A stretch of DNA of 12,517 nt from Nanobdellota archaeon (GTDB taxonomy: Archaea > Aenigmatarchaeota > Aenigmatarchaeia > QMZP01). The stretch spans positions 1 through 12,517 of the forward strand of contig JBDRJQ010000026.1 in assembly GCA_043814765.1 (NCBI GenBank), read 5' to 3'. The position numbers and the translations under genes were made by a program. Numbering within the stretch: the stretch's first letter is position 1; the number at the start of each line of letters is the position of its first letter. This document shows, in pieces, positions 7,843 through 12,517 of the stretch. The notes beneath the pieces were generated by a model. It ran no database searches. It had not been told where the DNA came from and was given only the letters and a program-made list of their open reading frames with translations.

Positions 7843-8927
7843 TAAAAAAGAGTCCTTTTGAGGTTGCCTGCTATTGTTTGATAAGCCTCACAAGGCGTCC
7901 AGCACTGCGGACAATTTAAATTATATGCGTTTTTTTGTGCTTCTTTAGCCTTTTCTATTTGCCACATTTTTTTGATGCTATAGTCAAAATCACGCACGTT
8001 TCCTATTTTATTATCCCATATTATGCATGGAAATACATTACCATAAGGGTCCATGAAAAAGGACGAATTCAGCGCTTTGCATGGTAAAGGAGAGCGACCT
8101 GTTTCTACGTATTTTTTTGCAAATTTATAATAACGTTTTTCAAGAGAGTCTATTTTTGCATCTTTTCTAAAACCCTCTTTTTTTGCTGTTTGATAGGCCT
8201 TTATCTCTTCAAGAACGTGTTTATTATATTCTTCTGCTCTTTTCATTTCTTCTACTGTTAGGTTTTTGTAATAATGTTCAGATGTATGATACAGATTCAT
8301 GTGTATGTATTTTGAATCAACATCATATTTGTTTTTCATGTTTCTTACAAAGTCTCCAATCTTTCCCATGTTATTTTGTGAAGAAGTGTAGCTAATAGAA
8401 ACATCAAACTTTTTATTTTCAAGAGCTTTCAATCTGTTAAAAGTTTCCATGCATTGTTTGAATGAATTTTTAATTCCTCTTATTTCATCATTATCCTTTT
8501 CAAATCCATCCACACTTATTGAAACTAAAAATCTAGGAATATCCAGTGTTAAGATTTTCTCAACAGAATTTACAATATGATCTGTTGCAAACCCGTTCGT
8601 TGTTGTATTGGAAAGATATAAACGATCATTTTTTTCAACAACCATTTTGAGAGCGCTGTACATGTCTCTCATAAACGGCTCCCCACCGGTTATGTTTAAC
8701 CAATTAATTTTTGTATCACCAAAAACCCTTCCTATCTCCTCGTCTGTTAATTCATCTTTCTTGATAGCAGACGGATTCTTCAGGTAATTTCTTCCTATAT
8801 TACAGGTTTTGCATTGAAACGTGCATGCATATGTTATTGCAAAAGTGGCTTTCACAGGAGTATTAAGTCTAGTAATATTTGATTTGAGTAATTCTTTTGC
8901 TATATGATAAGCAGGCTTTACACTCAT
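7842..8927 (-). CDS. Radical SAM protein with C-terminal SPASM/twitch auxiliary Fe-S domain
   Basis: CxxxCxxC (ITYACTFQCKTC), ITGGEPFMR, TTNG and SISVDG...NDEIRG. The C-terminus carries LPCKAL...MDPYGNVFPC...IGNV...CPQCWTPCE. Confidence 0.93.
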   Translation of the reverse strand: MSVKPAYHIAKELLKSNITRLNTPVKATFAITYACTFQCKTCNIGRNYLKNPSAIKKDELTDEEIGRVFGDTKINWLNITGGEPFMRDMYSALKMVVEKNDRLYLSNTTTNGFATDHIVNSVEKILTLDIPRFLVSISVDGFEKDNDEIRGIKNSFKQCMETFNRLKALENKKFDVSISYTSSQNNMGKIGDFVRNMKNKYDVDSKYIHMNLYHTSEHYYKNLTVEEMKRAEEYNKHVLEEIKAYQTAKKEGFRKDAKIDSLEKRYYKFAKKYVETGRSPLPCKALNSSFFMDPYGNVFPCIIWDNKIGNVRDFDYSIKKMWQIEKAKEAQKNAYNLNCPQCWTPCEAYQTIAGNLKRTLF

Positions 8928-8946
8928 ACGATCAACTTCTGTAGTT

Positions 8947-10425
8947 TTACTCTTTATTTACCTTATAAACTATGAATATTTTCTGCTCGTTTTGGTAATT
9001 CTCATATATTTTCTCAAATGAATCCCATGTTTCAAGCTGTGTGTACACAGCCGATTTGAATTTTGTATCAGGAGGAATTCTGTTAGACCTATACTCGTGT
9101 TTTATTGGCAATTTTAAACCAAAAAAGAAATCAGGATAATAGTCGTAATAGTTTGGATGCCTGTTGAATTCTCCATAAATTGTTATTATGATATAATCAG
9201 CATTGTTTGATTTTGCCCAACCTTCTACAAACTGATTTATTTTTCTTGTTTCTATATCATCAGCAGGGAAATATATCACGTTAGGATGAAATAATGAAAG
9301 ATATCCAACAGAAACCTCACTTGCTATAATAGCATCTTTTGGTAAATTTGAAACAAAATCACCTGCAGGTATCCTATCTAAGTGATGGTTTGAATCAAAC
9401 ACTAACATCCATGCAGAGAGTAAAATGCCTATTACAGCGAACAGAACAAAAACACACTTGGCACAGAGTTTGAAATATTTTTTTAACCAATTAAATCCTA
9501 AGGTGGCTATGCACGCATAGACTGGAAATATAGCGAACAAAAATCTATCCTCTTTGAAATTTGCTAGCTGAAAAACTAAAAATATTACGAAAAACATGCT
9601 CAAAAGCATTACATTCTCCTTGGATTTCCTTTTTATCATTGGTATAAAGCCTATAATAAAAAACAAAGACCAAGGTATAATAGCAAATCTTGTAAAGTAG
9701 TAAAGCACATTATTTGCAGAAACGTTTGAAAAAACAAACAAATGCTCTATTCCAAAGGTTCCTGACAGAACAAAAATAATTAATGATATTGAAACAGATA
9801 CCAGAGCAAAAATAAAAATTGAAAATAATATTCTACCTTCTTTCAATACACTAAGTTTTTTTCTGAAAAGCAAATAAACAAAAAACACAGGAAATAATAA
9901 TATTCCGGTGAATTTTGTTAAGAAAGACAGTGCTGCTGAGATACCAAGTAAAAACGGTTTTTTAATATTTTTATCCTTTTCCTTACCTTCTACGATATCA
10001 AAAAACAGCATAATAGAAATCAGTATCAAAATAGTCAGAGTAGTTTCTACTAACAATCTTACAGTCCATCTCCAAAAATAGGGAAGTGTTAACAGTATAA
10101 TTGTAGCAATGTAACCACTACCTATCATTTTCTTTGCAAAAACAAATGATGTTACTATGAGTAAGATTGTCAATACTAATGGAAGAACAAATATCGTAGC
10201 GTTTACACCCAGCATTAACAAAGACAATGAAGTTAAAAATGGTAAAACAGCTCCTCGATGTAAAACACCTAAAGAGAATTTTCCGTTAATTATATCGTTT
10301 CCCAGTGTCAGATATTGTTCTTGATCCGGATAGAAGCTGTTTCCAGGAAAGAATAATACGTAAAAAATGCCGGCTAGGATACTGACAATGATAATGAACT
10401 TCACTTCATTTTTTGATAGGAACAT
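8947..10425 (-). CDS. GT-C fold membrane glycosyltransferase (ArnT/PMT, GT39/GT83-like; lipid-phosphate-sugar donor)
   Basis: About 11-13 TM segments. Motifs: first-loop acidic FYPDQEQY, LLVET, FLTKFTG, KEDRFLFAIFP, followed by a soluble C-terminal domain. The start is placed at ATG 10425 (MFLSK) rather than 10473 because TTTTTAAA lies 21 nt upstream of it. Confidence 0.85.
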   Translation of the reverse strand: MFLSKNEVKFIIIVSILAGIFYVLFFPGNSFYPDQEQYLTLGNDIINGKFSLGVLHRGAVLPFLTSLSLLMLGVNATIFVLPLVLTILLIVTSFVFAKKMIGSGYIATIILLTLPYFWRWTVRLLVETTLTILILISIMLFFDIVEGKEKDKNIKKPFLLGISAALSFLTKFTGILLFPVFFVYLLFRKKLSVLKEGRILFSIFIFALVSVSISLIIFVLSGTFGIEHLFVFSNVSANNVLYYFTRFAIIPWSLFFIIGFIPMIKRKSKENVMLLSMFFVIFLVFQLANFKEDRFLFAIFPVYACIATLGFNWLKKYFKLCAKCVFVLFAVIGILLSAWMLVFDSNHHLDRIPAGDFVSNLPKDAIIASEVSVGYLSLFHPNVIYFPADDIETRKINQFVEGWAKSNNADYIIITIYGEFNRHPNYYDYYPDFFFGLKLPIKHEYRSNRIPPDTKFKSAVYTQLETWDSFEKIYENYQNEQKIFIVYKVNKE

Positions 10426-10446
10426 AATACACTTTAAGACAAAACA

Positions 10447-10470
10447 TTTAAAAACGTGTGCTATTAGCAC
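10447..10470 (-). promoter_or_regulatory. Putative TATA box (TTTTTAAA, 10447-10454) with palindrome GTGCTA-N-TAGCAC (10458-10470) just upstream
   Basis: Both elements are read directly from the sequence. The spacing to the ATG at 10425 matches the other promoters. Confidence 0.45.
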
Positions 10471-10483
10471 CATTTATTGTGAA

Positions 10484-11155
10484 TTACCATAAATTTATAA
10501 AAACTCGCCAAGCGTAAACCCATCCCATTTTACCAAGGCTTATCCCCGATTCACCATGTTTCCTCTTAAGTTCTCGGCTTGGTACTTCTAAAACTTTGTA
10601 GCCCTTTTTATAACACTTCATTACCATCTCAGTTTCTATGTCAAAAATATTGGCTTTTAAGTCAATATCCTTTCCTACCTCTTTTTTTATCGCTCTAAAT
10701 CCGTTCTGAGTATCTCCTATTGCGGTACTGAATCTCCAGTTTATTATTTGTGCAATAGCGTAACTGAAAAATATTCTCAAGAATTTGTTAAACGTTCCAT
10801 GAAGCTCTTCACTACCGCCCATAAACCTTGATGCTATGACCATGTCAGCTTTACCCTCTTTTATCGGATTAGAAAGTAATGGTATGTCTTCAGGTATATG
10901 AGAACCATCCGCGTCTATAAAAACTATTATTTCATGTTTTGCGTGCTCAAGGCCAACTCTTATACCATCTCCTTTACCCTTTCCGTTGTCAATAACTGTT
11001 CTAAAACCCATCTCTTCTGCTATTTCTTTTGTTCTATCAGTTGATTTTTTTGCAGAAACAACAAGAATTTCATCACCATAAGGCTTACATCTCTCCAAAA
11101 CCTCTTTTATTGTTTTTTCTTCGTTAAATGTAGGCACTATAATAGACACTTTCAT
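10484..11155 (-). CDS. GT2 family DPM1-like polyprenol/dolichol-phosphate glycosyltransferase (soluble catalytic domain only)
   Basis: Motifs: VSIIVPTFNEE, STDRT, GKGKG, FIDADGSH (DxD), VIASRF, DTQNGFRA, FDIETEM, VLEVP. Confidence 0.92.
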   Translation of the reverse strand: MKVSIIVPTFNEEKTIKEVLERCKPYGDEILVVSAKKSTDRTKEIAEEMGFRTVIDNGKGKGDGIRVGLEHAKHEIIVFIDADGSHIPEDIPLLSNPIKEGKADMVIASRFMGGSEELHGTFNKFLRIFFSYAIAQIINWRFSTAIGDTQNGFRAIKKEVGKDIDLKANIFDIETEMVMKCYKKGYKVLEVPSRELKRKHGESGISLGKMGWVYAWRVFINLW

Positions 11156-11176
11156 GTTAGTCTTTAGAGTGATTAA

Positions 11177-11183
11177 TTATAAA
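11177..11183 (-). promoter_or_regulatory. Putative TATA box TTTATAA
   Basis: Lies 21 nt before the ATG at 11155. Confidence 0.5.
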
Positions 11184-11187
11184 TAGT

Positions 11188-12141
11188 TTAAAGTTTGAGC
11201 TTGATAGGGCTTTTTATCCAAAAAACCAATCCAACTGCTGCAGCAAGCCAATAAACAAAAACCAAGTAAAAGAGTGAAAAACTTATTATCACGCCTTCTG
11301 TTACGCCTATTAAAGGTAGAACCAAGAGTAAAAATGCATCTCTTGTTCCGATTCCAGATACAGAAATAGGTATTAGTTCAATTATAACCATAACACTCAT
11401 CACAGCAAATAAAAATATGTAGTTAAAATCTATTCCCAATGCAAAGCCAAAAAACATGACTTCAAGAATCGATAATAGCCAAATAAATATATTGAATATA
11501 GTTACACCAAAAAGACTTCCTTTTTTGTTTTTCAATTCTCCGAAAATATTGTAAAATTCATAAAAATCCACTCTTATCTTTTCTTTAAATTTTTGCGGAA
11601 CGAAAAAATCAAACACGGGTCTGAGTATCTTTCTCATAAAATTCTTTTTTGTTAGCAAATACAATGCAATAAAAAAGGCAGCTAAAATAGTTGAGATTAA
11701 ACCCAAAGAAACAACTGTATAACCGAACCATACATTTAATAAAACAACACCTATCACAGCCGATGATAGAACAACAACAAGATCCACTATTCTGTCAACT
11801 ATTACTACTGATAGTCTCTTTCCAAGGGGTTGTGCTTTGTCGAGATAAAATATTTTTATAAAATCTCCAACCCTTCCTGGTGTAATCATTCCCGTGAACA
11901 ATCCAATAGACCAGATTCTAATTGCATTAAAAGAGCTTTCATTCAAATCATGCAAACCTATTACCATTTTGAATTTTATTCCTCTCAAAATGAGAACAAC
12001 AAATGTAAGAACAACGCCTATTGAGAAATAAAAAATATTTAGATTCAAAAAAGCTGCTATTATTTTGTCTATTCCAGTATTCCAGATGATATACACAAAC
12101 AGTATGATACCGATTACAGGTAAATACTTCATTGTTTTCAT
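11188..12141 (-). CDS. Lysylphosphatidylglycerol synthase TM-domain / UPF0104 membrane protein (flippase-like, AglD2-type)
   Basis: About 8 TM segments with family motifs ITPGRVGDFIK, VIVDRIVD and LIPISVSGIGTRD. Confidence 0.87.
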   Translation of the reverse strand: MKTMKYLPVIGIILFVYIIWNTGIDKIIAAFLNLNIFYFSIGVVLTFVVLILRGIKFKMVIGLHDLNESSFNAIRIWSIGLFTGMITPGRVGDFIKIFYLDKAQPLGKRLSVVIVDRIVDLVVVLSSAVIGVVLLNVWFGYTVVSLGLISTILAAFFIALYLLTKKNFMRKILRPVFDFFVPQKFKEKIRVDFYEFYNIFGELKNKKGSLFGVTIFNIFIWLLSILEVMFFGFALGIDFNYIFLFAVMSVMVIIELIPISVSGIGTRDAFLLLVLPLIGVTEGVIISFSLFYLVFVYWLAAAVGLVFWIKSPIKLKL

Positions 12142-12177
12142 ATAAAATAAAATGTACTCAAACTAAATAAGCTTGTT

Positions 12178-12516
12178 TTATTGTTTATTCAGCTCTTTAT
12201 TCACGTCCATATCAAAGTGCATAGCGAAGAATATCGACTGGACACCGAACAATAACAGTAATGCAACCAATATTGTGCTGCTTGCTGGTATTGAACCTAC
12301 AAGCAGTCTATAAAATATAGCTTGCATGCCTAATATGGATCCAGCTATAGTGGACAGTATACCAAATATATAAAATAAAACTAGTGGATGAAAATTTCTT
12401 ATGATATATTTTTCTTTCAATCTCCAAAAAAATCTTTTCAACAAAAACCATGATGTTTTGGGCACGAATGATCTTAATTTTATACCAGACTTCTCTTCTG
12501 CGTAAACAGGTTTTAC
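12178..12516 (-). CDS. C-terminal part of a membrane-anchored GT2 (DPM1-like) glycosyltransferase, 5'-truncated by window edge
   Basis: The frame is open to the window edge: VKPVYAEEKSGIKLRSFVPKTSWFLLKRFFWRLKEKY...FHPLVLFY, then two TM helices ending GVQSIFFAMHFD. This is typical of GT2 tails of polyprenol-phosphate glycosyltransferases. The catalytic domain lies outside the window. Confidence 0.75.
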   Translation of the reverse strand, partial: VKPVYAEEKSGIKLRSFVPKTSWFLLKRFFWRLKEKYIIRNFHPLVLFYIFGILSTIAGSILGMQAIFYRLLVGSIPASSTILVALLLLFGVQSIFFAMHFDMDVNKELNKQ

Positions 12517-12517
12517 A

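Noticed and set aside
7842..8927. RiPP maturase (PqqE/SkfB-like) interpretation of the SPASM-type radical SAM
   Set aside because: No precursor peptide, RRE/PqqD domain, protease or peptide exporter is visible; the context is entirely glycan-related.
8183..12024. Short + strand ORFs 8183-8395 and 11830-12024
   Set aside because: Shadows of the - strand radical SAM and UPF0104 genes.
1..12517. CRISPR array, tRNA/rRNA, transposase or defence system
   Set aside because: The window is almost entirely coding, with intergenic gaps under 70 nt. No repeat-spacer periodicity, RNA-gene signatures or nuclease/integrase motifs were seen.

Overview
An AT-rich, gene-dense cell-surface glycosylation and sugar-tailoring locus. 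It is most likely archaeal, inferred from TATA-like boxes 20-23 nt before start codons, no obvious Shine-Dalgarno sites and TAA/TGA/TAG stops. The + strand arm encodes a partial GT4, a cobalamin-binding radical SAM enzyme, a Wzx-type flippase, an extended-SDR epimerase/dehydratase, a DegT/SpsC-like PLP aminotransferase and a hexapeptide acyltransferase with a C-terminal extension. The convergent - strand arm encodes a partial membrane-anchored GT2, a UPF0104/LPG-synthase-TM membrane protein, a DPM1-like GT2, an ArnT/PMT-like GT-C, a SPASM/twitch radical SAM enzyme and a GT4. A small - strand gene resembling a degenerate (pseudo-)receiver domain sits between the B12 radical SAM and flippase genes. 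The main hypothesis is a glycan pathway that uses two radical SAM enzymes for natural-product-like sugar tailoring (oxidation, amination, acylation, C-methylation), coupled to a lipid-phosphate-sugar/GT-C transfer module. All calls come from motif reading by eye; no database searches were run. No RNA genes, CRISPR arrays or mobile elements were seen.
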